Shown piece after piece: positions 15,001 through 27,000 of a stretch of DNA of 64,000 nucleotides. Origin of the DNA: a virus (lineage: Duplodnaviria > Caudoviricetes). The notes beneath the pieces were generated by a model that saw nothing but the letters and a program-made list of their open reading frames with translations, had not been told where the DNA came from and did not search any database. Position 1 is the first letter of the stretch; each line of letters starts with the position of its first letter. The stretch covers positions 15,990 through 79,989 of the IMG/VR virus record IMGVR_UViG_3300021958_000045, one strand, 5' to 3'. The translations under genes and the position numbers were made by a program.

Positions 15001-18000
15001 ACTCTTAAGGCTGCGCCTGCGTTATAAGTATCTCCGATGCTAGATTGAGCCCTTGCAGATTTCCAACTGCTTTTCTGGTTTGCGATGGAATAATTATTAG
15101 CAATCTGGTTTGCAGAAGCATTTTGGCTTGATCGCCTTACGGTTGATATAGCCTGAGTTTGAGATGAAGAATTATCGATCATTCCTGTCATACTAAACTC
15201 TGAATCTCTAGGAGATAAATCATGAACGTTTTCAATTTTATTGAGATAACTTCTAGGAGTAACATTACCTTCATCTACAGTATTAGTAACAACTGCCCCT
15301 TGGTATTGAAAATTTGCCAAAGAATTAGAAGATGCAGGAATAGTGAGTTGAACATTATTTAAGGCATTTGTTATACCCTTCTTTTCTAAAGCTTCAACCT
15401 CTCTATAAATAGAGTCTATTGCTCCTGGATAATAGTTGGCAACCTGCAAAGCTCTGCCTCCTGTAAAAGTTTTTCCAGCAAATTGCTCAAAACCTCTTGA
15501 TTCTTTTAATTTATCTTCATTTAAAGATTCTTTTAAACCCCTTATAGGACTTTTCTTTCGGTCTCTTGTTGAAGAATTTCTTGCAAAATTTGGTACGCCC
15601 CCTCGACTTGGAGCGGGCTGTGGAGGTTCTGTAGAATTAGCTCCTCCATGAATTGTAATGTTGCCACTAGTATTTATTTTTGTACTACCGCCAATATTCA
15701 CATTAGCTCCATCGATTGCAATATTTTGAATTTTTTGTCGAGCTTCGTCTTGTTGCTTAGAAGCTTTTGTTCTTTGTTCTACTTTTTCAGTATCTGCTAC
15801 TTTAATATTTCTAATAGCTTTAACTATTTCTTCTGCAGATATTCCTTGTTCTGGTTGCAAGGTTTTAGATAATGTTTGAATACCTTCATCAATGCTAGAA
15901 AGTAGTCTAATTTCTACCCCATTATCCCCTAATTGATCTGCAATACTTGTCAAGTCGTTGAATCCCATAGTTCTAGGATCAAGGCCTAATTCTTCTAAAT
16001 CGATATTTAAAGCCTCTGCAGTACTTTGAAGAGTTTTTCTGGTTAATTCTGATCGATCCGAGGGAGTAGATGCAAGCGCTCCTTGTTGAGCAGTTAATTG
16101 TTTAATCATATAGCTCACCATTTTTTGAGTGCCATCAGGTAAATCTTGTTCAACTAAAGCTTTTTTCATGCTATTTACTACGTCTCCCATATCAATATTA
16201 GCATCTGCTTTAGCGTCAAAACCTGTTTCTGTTTCGACTCCCAACATCATTAATATTCTATTGACATTACCAATTGCATTTTGCATATTGGCTTGTTGTC
16301 TCATATCATTCAACTCTGGACTTTTCCCAAACAAACCTTCCATCAACCCTACCATATCTTGCGTTGCTCTGGCCTGAACATCTAGATCTAATTGAGTTTC
16401 AGGCTCAAAGCTTTGACCAAAAGCGAACTGTTCCATAATTTCGCCTTCTCTTGCTGTAACATCCAACTGCGTACTTTCTAAATTTTTTCTAGCTTGAAGC
16501 AAGTCCTCTCTCGCAGCAATTTCATTACCTAATTTTAAAAGAGCTATTTGTTGATTTGCTTTTTCATTTAATTGTCGAACAGAATCAATTAATTCTTGTT
16601 CTTCTTGGGTTCTTTCATCAAAATCTATACGTTCTATCGCCGAAACTATATCATCAGCCATAAATCTTCCATCTCCTTGCTCTAGCTCGCTAGACTTTAA
16701 ATACATCTTATTTAAAACATCAGCCAACTTACCAGAAAAAACAGAGCCATCCTCTCCTTCAAAATCCTCCATTTTTGTGTCTTTCATTAATTGATTCACA
16801 AATTTAGAAACTTCAAATTCTGTTCCTGCAGCAGTTTCTGCATTTATTCTGGTAACCGAAAATTCTTCTTGGGCTGACCTAGCTTCATTTGGAGTCATAT
16901 AATTCATGCCAGTCATTATAGACAGCTCTGAATTAAATTGCTTTTCAGCAATATCAAATGCTTTTGTGATATTCGAATTTAATTCTGAAATACTTCTGCT
17001 GACAGCAGTAGAAAGATTAACAATTGTTGATTTTAAATTGCCCAAAGCACTAGAAGTCTTTCCAACTGCTTTGCCAGCTTCAATAGATTCTTTTCTCAAT
17101 TTTAATTGCTCTTTTATACCAACTGTAAAATCTACCATACCTTCATCAGGAATATTATCTACAATTTGGTCAAATAAAGTTCTGGTTTCTTCATCAAGAG
17201 TGCTAGAAAATTCTTTTATAGTTGACCTTATATCTTCTGCAGAAAACTCCTCAAAATTAATTTTGCTTAATTTTTTTGATAAGCTAGTAACCTGCTCTTC
17301 TGCAAGTTCTAGCCCCTGAACAGACTGCATGCCAATATTTCTAATTTCTCCTCGGGCTTCATCTTTTAGCTCTCCCTTTTCTCCTCCAAAAAAAGGAACA
17401 AAATCTGGCAACTGAGTTGGACCGAATCCAAACGGTAAAACTCCTTCCCTGTTTTCATTTGCGGCTTGAGCTTTGATAGTTAACTGTCCTAATTGATTAA
17501 CCTTAAGTGCTGAAGCGGAAAACTTCTCTAAAGCTGTTGACATTTTTTGAACGTCTCCATTTGCAGTAACTAACGCGCTTCTCAAATCATCGATTGCGCT
17601 ACTGCCAGAAGGAAAACTTTCTATTTGTTTCTGCAAAGATTTAATTGCCTTTGTGATATTTTCTGGGTCTCCACCTTCAATTGCAGAATTTAGCCTAGAT
17701 TGCGCGGAGACTACTTGCGTTGCACTTTCAATGGCTTTTCCATTTATTTGTATATTACGTTCAATTTGATCTCCTTGTACTTTCAAACTCTTTGAATACT
17801 GATCTAACACTCCGTTTAAAGCCCCGACTGACGCAGCAAGAGCAACCCACTTTTTCTTGTCTGTGATCATTGATGTAATCGCAGCGATTTGAAGAGCGTC
17901 GCCAGCAGCATCTGCTGCGTAACCTCCAGCAGTACCCGTTTGTCCTTCAATGCCCCCAAACATCATTTGGCCCATGAATATAGTATTCATCATGCCTCCC

Positions 18001-21000
18001 CCGCCACCAAACATACCTCCTCCAGTAGGAGTTGGAATTGCAGCGTCGGCAGCCTTGCTACCTCCTCTTTTAAACATTTTAGGTATAAATCTACCAATAA
18101 AATTTGGTACGCTAAAAGTAGAATGAGGAACGTATCCATTTGCAACTAAACCATGCTTTTGAGGATTAATCCCTTGAGATATTGAGCGCGAAATTCCTTG
18201 ACCCAAACCTCTTGGTTCGTCAATTGTATTATAAACTCCAACGCCTCCAGGATTACTTTCGTTTTTTAGTCTATTACTCTGTCCAATCCTAATCTTGTGC
18301 ATTGGTATTCCAGCTTGGCTCTCTCTTTTAATTGCTGCGCCTAAAGCATCATTTCCGCGCGAAGCTGAATTTACATTTAATGCGAAATTCGGAACGTACC
18401 CATTGGACAAGCGTTCTTTAGAAATTTCTTTTCCTTGAGAATATATAGATTCAATAATTTCAGTTTTGCTATCTTTTTCTTTATTGTCGTTTTTTAAATA
18501 TTTAAATTCTCTATCAGAAGGTTTTTGTTTTTCTGGAGTATAACCTTGAAAGTATTTTTGAATAACTTGTTTATTCTTTCTTTTCTCGATAGATTCTTTT
18601 CTTCTATTTAAAACATTTTCTTTTGTACTAGATTCATTTTCTTGAAAATTGTCTCTTAACCTATACAGAGTTGAGAAATTATCTTCGCGACCAAAAACTC
18701 TATTTTCTTGATTAGTTGAGTTAGAGCTAACTTTATTAGATTCTAAAGAAAATCCTTGAGAGAATACTTCCGAAGAAGCTTGTTGGTTATCCTTAGAGAC
18801 CATGCCTTGAGAGGAACTTTTGGAATCGGTAGACACATCCTTAGAGACCATGCCTTGAGAGGAGCTTTTGGAATCGGTAGACACATCCTTAGAGACCATG
18901 CCCTGAGAGAAGCTTTTGGAATCGGTAGACACATCCTTAGAGACCATGCCTTGAGAGAAGCTTTGAAAACCATTAATAAAGTCTGATTGTTTAGACTTAA
19001 TCGATTCTGCAAACGAGCTATTAGAGCTTGATTCTTTTTCTCCGTAACTAATATAGCTATTATTAATAGTAGACTCAATTTTCTTTTCTTTTGCTTGAGA
19101 AGAGTCTTGTCTTTTAATTACAGACTGAGTATCGGCAGATTTATTGTATGAGTTAACCGATTTAGAATCACTTGCATTATCAATTTTTTGAGAAATCAAA
19201 CCTTGAGACAAAGAAATAAATTCATCTTGCTTTGATAAATCTTTTTCTTGTTCTTGTACAATTTTTGATTCTACATTTTTATCTCTTGTTTGTAAGTTTA
19301 TTTTTTCGCTCTGCTTGCCTAACGCATAACTTTGTTGAGTTACATTTCGATCAACTAATTTTGGTATTTTTTCTTGAGATAAGTTTTTATTAATTATAAA
19401 GTTTGGAACTATACCAGAATAAAAATTTTGATTAGATTTATAATAATTTTCTAATTCTTCTCCTGACCTCATGTAGCCAGGAATTTTTTCATGAGCTTGC
19501 TGACCTTGAGCGGTTTGTTTTCCTTTAATTGCTGCGCCTCTTAAAGCATTTGCAGAAGGCATTGCTCGAAATCTATTCATAGTTGCTTGTTTATTGGTCG
19601 CCGCCTTTTGTTTGTCATACTTTTCGAAATCAGCCTTTTCTTTTGCAACCTGCCCAGATAGCAAACCTTGATAATCTAATTCTTTAAGTATTTTATCTGC
19701 CATGCTTGCTTTAATATCTCCAGACTGAGCATTAGCTTTAAAATCTCCTATAGAACCATGGCTAGAAGGCCAATTAAAAAACTTTCTCAACTGGTCTGTA
19801 GGACCTCTAACATCAAAGTCTCCTCCTCCTGCATTAACTGGAATATTACTAAAAGCAGCATTTGCTGCTGCCTCAAAAGCGTTGCCAGCCATAGCGGTCA
19901 ATGTACCTTCATTAAAATGTTTTTGTACAACTCTATCAATAATCGAAGAATCTTGCATTCTGATTTCTTGTTCGCCAAAAGCTCTAACAAAATTTTCAGA
20001 ATGAGCTTTAACTATAGTCTTAACATCTCTTTCTACAAGATCTCCAATTTTTGCTATCCTATCCGCCTCTTTTGGAATCTTGGGATTTATGCCTTTTGAA
20101 TTCCAGCCGACTAAAAATTGACTTTGGTACTTTTTTGCATAAGGGCCGCTACCTCTAACTGTAGACTGAGGAGCTCCTCCTCCTCTTTGAGGAAACAATA
20201 AAGAATAATCGTAAGTAGTAAATGGCCTCAAATCTATAACATTATCTGGGTCATCTTGATATGGTTTATTTTTTTGCCTACCCGCTTTGCCTGCTGCTGG
20301 CGCAAAATTAGGAATAATTCCATCATTAAAAATTTGCATAACCTCATGTTCGCGAGAGCTAATTTGTGATGTCTTGTTTTGATTCCATCCAATATCAGAC
20401 TGAGGAACAATAGACTGCATAGACCTACCATAAAAATCATATTCTTTTCTGCCATATTCCTTCTTATTAAATTGCATGAGGGCAGGATCATTTCTTCTTC
20501 CGCTAACATTTAAAAACAATCCTCCGACTTGCTCAGCCCATTTTTGTATTTGGCCAGAAGCCATAGCTTGTTTAAATTTTTCTACTTCAGGGTATATACC
20601 CTTCTTTGGATTAGCTCCTCGATTTAACAACTTAAGAATTTTCTTTTTATTAAATACATTTTTCTCTGAAACCTGAGTAGAAAGTATATTATCTTTTGCG
20701 GGTTTATTTAATCCCCCTCCAGCAAATTCTTTAGCTATTGTTTCTGAAGTACTGAATGATGTAGCCCCAGAAGGAGCGACATTGTCTAACTCTCCAATAT
20801 CCCTGCGCCCAGAAAGCGGCCCACTAACATGAGACTTCACAAAATTCTGAATAATATTAATTACATCTTGAGGGGTTTGCGCTCCTTTAAAGCTTGGCAT
20901 ATTTTTACCAATATTAGGTCTGTCTAGAGTTGGATTCTTTTGCCCTCTATACAAAGTTAAATTTGCATAATTTGGTACAGTTCCTGCGCTTACATTTTCC

Positions 21001-24000
21001 AACTGTCTAATTTCAAATGGGTCAACGTTATAACCATAACCTCTAGAAAGATCAGGAAAATCTACTTTTAATTTTTCTTGTATATATTTATTTAACGATC
21101 TAAATTCTCTTGAATTAAAAAACTGTCTAAAATCTTCTTTTTGCGCTTCTGTCTTTGCCCTAAATAATCCATCCGCCCGAGACTCAGATTTTAGCCTTGT
21201 GTTTATTACTCCTCCCCTAGCCCCCATTGACATTAAATTAAACTCAGACAATGCCCTACTTATTTCAGCAAATTCTTCGTTTGAGTAATCTTTAATTTTT
21301 GATTTGCGCAGTGTATTTGGAGAGTACTTTCTGAAAATTGAAAAGTTTGGAACTGCACCGTATGCTAACTGAGGCGGCGAAGGTTCTGCCATTGGCGTTA
21401 TTCCGCTAGCATATGACTTAATTAAAGTTTGAAACTCTCTTGCTCTTTCTTTTCCTACTTTGGTATGAGATGGAGGTAACACCATTCCGCCGCTAGGTTT
21501 AAAAGGTAAGCTAAATGCTTTTTGTACATCTGCTCCTGTCGAATAAAACTTTTCTTTATTATTAACAACTACTCGCTCTTTCTTTCCATTAATCTCTAGT
21601 TTTTTAACTTGAGTATCTTTATATCCAACGTTTTGACCATATAACTGAGAAGCTTGACCAGCTTCTTTCATTCGGTCAGATTCAATACTAAAGTTGGGAA
21701 TAAACCCAGTTGCTAAAGTTTCAGTTTCTTGCGAAGTAACATCTGAAATAGTTCCGCCTGCAAAACTCTTAGAGTCTGCAGAAGAACTGCTAGAACTGAC
21801 ACTTTTAGAAACCATACCTTCTGCAAAAGTCTTGGAACTCGTAGAAGACTCGTCAACAGAAGTAAAACTATTTACATCTTCAGACCTCGAAGAATCCTTA
21901 AAGTTTTCTTTATATAATTGAGTTTGATAATCAGAATCACGAACTCGGTCTTTTTGCCTTGTAAAATTTGGAACAATGCCATGGCTTGCTATTTTAACTG
22001 ATTGAGGGTCATTCTCATATTGTTTCCTGAGAGAAATTAATTCTTTTTCAGAGTAACCTTTTTTGATCAACATTTCAAGATCAGACTTTGGCCCCTTATT
22101 TTTAATATAATTTTCTAAAAATAATTTATCATGCCAGCTTCTAGATGTAATTGTTTTACTCTTAAATCCATGTTTTGCTAGCATGTTTTGAGCGGCAGAT
22201 CTCTCCCCATTAGTTGCACCTCTTTTTGCAAGCTCTCTAATTGCCTTAATGTTAACAAAGTTTGGGACTGTTTCTGGAGCAGTAACAGAGAAATTGGGTA
22301 AAACCAACTCTTCATTTGTATTGGTTCTTTTTTGTTGTTTGGCGAACATGTATTCATTAAACTCTTCTTCAAGAGAATTTAAATCTTGTGTTGATACAGT
22401 TTTTCCAGTTGGAGAAATAATTTTATCTTTTTGGACGGTGAATTTTTCCTGAAATAATCTTTGTATATCTTGATCTTCTTTTCTAATTGCCTCAGATTTA
22501 GCTTTATTAAATTCTGTACTCTTTAATTGCTCTTGCTTCTTGAAAATTTCAGATTCAATTTGTTTAACTTTATCTGGGTTTTTGCCTGGGTTCGATGGTC
22601 GACTTAATTGGAATTTTTCTTTTTGAAGTGTTGTAATTTCTTTTTGTATTTTGTCATACTCAGTTTTATTAAATTTTTGCGCAAATTCCTTTGATTCGTA
22701 TACTATGTCTCTTGAACCCTTACCTGTTGGGCCCATAAGTGGATTTGTAACCTTTGATAATTGAGATGTTAAACGATTTAAAATTTTAACGTCTTGAGGA
22801 ATATTACTACCAACTCCATATGCATTACCAACAGAGAGATTTAATTTAGTTACTTTATCAGAAATGCTTTTATAATTTTTATTATGTATATTGTCTTTAA
22901 TAAATTTATTAAATGCGGGCGAAGCGAAATTAGGTATATGCCCATCTGACATAATAGCTAGACCTTTCATCTCTGCAAACTCTTGATATAATTTACTTAT
23001 TTGTTCTTCTGAAATTGACTCTGAACCACGAGCTTTCTTTACAAATTTTAATATATCTTCAGCACTGTCTACGTTTTTTGTAGTAAATTTTTCTGCGGAT
23101 TTTGCGAGGGCTTTTTGGGTATCTGTAGAAGTAAAAATTGTTTTTGAAACATTATCAAAGCTATCAGGATTGTATAGTCTTTTTAGGTCCGCTCCAGTTT
23201 TACCCATTGGGAAGGACTGATAATCTTCTGCCTTAAGAGATTGCACGTCTTTTATATTTACCTGACTAGGAACCTCTTCCCTCTTATTCTTCCAAGAGGT
23301 TAGTCGATCATAATTTCTATTGCCCGAAGAATTTTGGGCGACCTGAGTAGACTTAACTACGGCACCCATGATTTCAGGATAACCTTTTTGTGCAGCAAAT
23401 TGGGCAAACTCTTGAAGCTTAACATCGGAATCAAAAGAAATCTTATCTTTAGTTAGTTTATTTTGAGGTTTATGCCCAGAGATGAAATGCATTTTAGGGT
23501 TCTTACCCCACTGCTTAAACTTTGCATCAGGAAACTGCATCTTTGCAAGTTCCAAATCTTTTTCCATAACATACTCTTTACCACTCTTGGTTTGTTTAAT
23601 ATTAAACATTGATGGAATTCTTGCAAAATTAGGAATTAATCCTTGAGAATAATTTTCTAACTGAGGAACTTCTCCAGAAGCTCTTCTCCTCAACATCTTA
23701 CCTCTTGGCGTAAATTTATTTATTCTTTTTAAAATATCTTCCCGATGCTTCTTAAAGTATTCAATTCCTTCTTTTTTTGTTTTAAATTCTCCGCTAATTT
23801 GAGCTTCTTCTAAATGCTTTAATACAGAACCCATTTGAGGCCCTGGCTCTACTAATTTTTCTTGTATTAAATCTCGACCTTGTACAATTGGCTTAGGTGG
23901 CTCTTTGTATATTCCGCTTTCTTTTGCAATTGAGCTCATTCTACTAATATTCTTTTCATCGACTTGAGTAAATTTTCTTGCAGTTACATCGTCAGATAAA

Positions 24001-27000
24001 TTTTTGCCCATGTCAGATTCAAGCAATATTTGAAACTTACTTAAGTCTCCTACATCCTTAGTTAACCTATTAATAGATTTCTGCGTCAAATTCTGAGGAA
24101 AATTTGAGTGAAACATATGTCTTTCAACAAAAGGCGTTAAGTCTTTAGATAATTTACTCGCTTCTCCTTGAGACATAATTCTACCCAAGAAACTTTTCAT
24201 TGGCGCGACTCCAGCCTTTTCGTGACCGTAAGAAGTTATCGAGCCATCTTTGTTTATTTGTGTGTTTGTAACTTTGCCAAAATCATGCGTTAAAGCAGAA
24301 AACATCAATTTGCTTCTTTCTTTTTCTGGAAGCATTTGCCAATTTTTATTATTGGCCATTGCATTAGTTACAAGTTTTGTGTGATTAAATACATCTCCTT
24401 CGGGGTGATGCTTGGGAGACTGGGGAACTCCCTGCAATTTATCAATTTCAGGAAAATGCTTTATCCATCCAGACTCTTTTAGAAATTGCAAACCTTTTTC
24501 TGGATTGGTAGATTTAGATGCCCATTTCATCCATTCTTCTCTAACTCTTTCTTTTGGAAGATCTTTAAATTGTCCAACCATTTCTCGAGAATAGTTGATC
24601 AATTCTTTATCTGCAGAAAGATTAAACCTTCCAGCCATCTGCATAGATCTTAATACCCTCAAAGGGTCTTCTTTAAATCTAGGAGACGTAGGCTTCATGA
24701 TGCCGTCTTGTAAATCCTGCCTCCCTCCCAAGGGGTCAATAAATTTCTTTGTGAGAGGGTCGTAAGAAATAGAATTGATTGTTAAATCTCTTCTTTGTGC
24801 AGCTTCTTTGCGCCCCATATTAGGATCTACTTCAACCTCAAAACCTCTATGTCCAGCACCTACTTTCTTTTCTCTTCTTGGCATCGAGAACTCAAAATCT
24901 TGCCCCCCGCTTTTAGCTTTGAATACTCCAAAGTCTTTGCCAACTAAGCCTTCTTTAGTTAAAGATGGAGACAATATTTTTTGCAATTTTTCTTGTTCTA
25001 AACCAAAAACCTCAACATCCCAATCTTTAGGAAATTTGCCCATTAAAAAGTCTCGAGGAGCTCCGCCTACAATCTGAGCACTACCTCCAGCAGCTTGAAT
25101 TTCTTTTGATACTTTTTCAAGATATCTGGGGACGGGCATAGTTTCTGCCGCAAAGTTAGGGACAAGGTCTCTTTGTGTATTTTCTGGTTGAGCAAAGTTG
25201 GGAACCAAACCTTCAGCATTTCCACTACCTCTTCCAGAATGCTGGCCACTAAATTGATAATGAGTTCCAGTTATATTTTCATTTCTAAGGTTACGAATAG
25301 CTTCTATATTTTCAATTGCGTCATCGATCAGATCGTACTTACCCCCTTGCTTTTTCCAAATTCTCTCTAATAGAATCGCTTTCTTTTCTGCAGGCTTTAA
25401 ATTCCTATAACCAGGAACCCTTCCTCCTTTTGCTTTAATTATTTTTCCAGAACCATCGCTAGCAATTTTAATATTATTAAACATATCTGCGGTGGTCATA
25501 ATCTTTTCAGGATTAATTCCCCATTTTTTTAATTTTTCTTCAATAAATGGCACAGACTGTTTTGCTCGAGCAGTTAAGACAGTGACCGCTTGACCCTGAA
25601 GTTCTTTTGCTAACGGGGTAGGTTTAGCCAATCCTGCAGATTCAGCTTGAAACAAATCTTTAGACTTTACATTCTTAGAATAAGTGCCTAGTGTTTCGTC
25701 AAAATCATAAAATTTTCTAAAGCCTGCGTTTCTTTTGAGGGCAAAGTTGGGAACGAGTCCTTCAGATAATTTTGATACAGTTCTCTCTAATGTGCCAGCA
25801 TCTTTTGTAAAATTAGGAACAGCTCCTTCTGAATATTTTTTTAGAGATTTGCCTGGAGCTTGTTTTTTCTGACTCTCTTGAAGCTTGACAATCTTTTGCC
25901 AAATTTGGTTTGCTTCGCCATTTAACTGGCTAATCTTTGGATCTATTTCAGCTCTGGGCCTCCCAGATTGAGACAGTTGCTTTGCTTGTCCTAGTTTGCC
26001 CTGCCACATCTTTAAAAGCCTTGATCGATCTGACTGCATATCAACAGGCTTAATAAAATTAGGCACTGCTTCTTGAGAATTTAAATAACTAGCGTAATTG
26101 GGAACAACTCCTTCTGAATATTTCTTAGCAGACTTGCTAGATATTTGTTTCTTTTGTTTCTCTTGGAGGCCGACAATCCTTTGCCAGATTTGATTTGCTT
26201 CGCCATTTAGTTGACTAATCTTGGGATCTATTTCGGCTCTAGGTTTTCCAGATTGAGACAGTTGCTTTGCTTGTTCCAGTTTACCTTGCCACATCTTTAA
26301 AAGCCTTGGTCGATCAGACTGCATGTCTACAGGTTTAATAAAATTAGGAACTACTCCCTCAGAATAAAAGCCTGCCTTTTCATCTCTATTAAAATTCTTA
26401 TCCCCCTTTTTTAATATTTTTGTATATGCATCCATGGCAAAATATTCGCCAGATGCAGTTCCACTTAAAATGGAATTTTTTGTATTAAACCCTAAATTTG
26501 CTTCTGACCAACTATTAAATGACTCTATACCATTTTCTTTAACCCATTTACTAACTTTAGTTTTTAAAGATTTAATATTTTTAAATTCGATTTCATCATT
26601 TCCAATCTGAAAAGTTCCCGAGGTTGACATTCCTGGCTTGATTCTTTGTTTTAATTGTGGGAATGCATTGATTATGGTTTCCCAAGGAGTTTTGCCTGAA
26701 GAAGCACGAATTTGGTCAAAGGTACTGTGAATCTCTTTATTTTTCCATCTTCTTTTTCCTGTAAAGCCTGCGATTTTATCAAAATTTCTATTAGCTCCCC
26801 CCTTCATAGAAGGATCGTTTACATCTGCTCCTTTAGCTCTTTCTGAATATAAAATGTCAGTCTTGTTTTCGTAATCGTACTCTCCCTTGCCATAAGTAAA
26901 TCTAGTTGTTGTTCCAGTTTTTTTATCAGTTACTTGTATAATGGGTAATTGACCATTCCATTCATTAGTAGTCTTCATACCGTCGAACCCTTTAATATCT

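Noticed and set aside
18743-19078. Repetitive ORFs 18743..19078 (-) and 18756..18986 (+)
   Set aside because: They are open only because the 48-bp repeat lacks stops in those frames
23733-25139. CCA domain as an intein, intron or separate inserted gene
   Set aside because: No intein-like C/S start or HN-C/S/T end, no stop codons and no flanking RNA structure seen; it is bounded by the same linkers as the other cassettes
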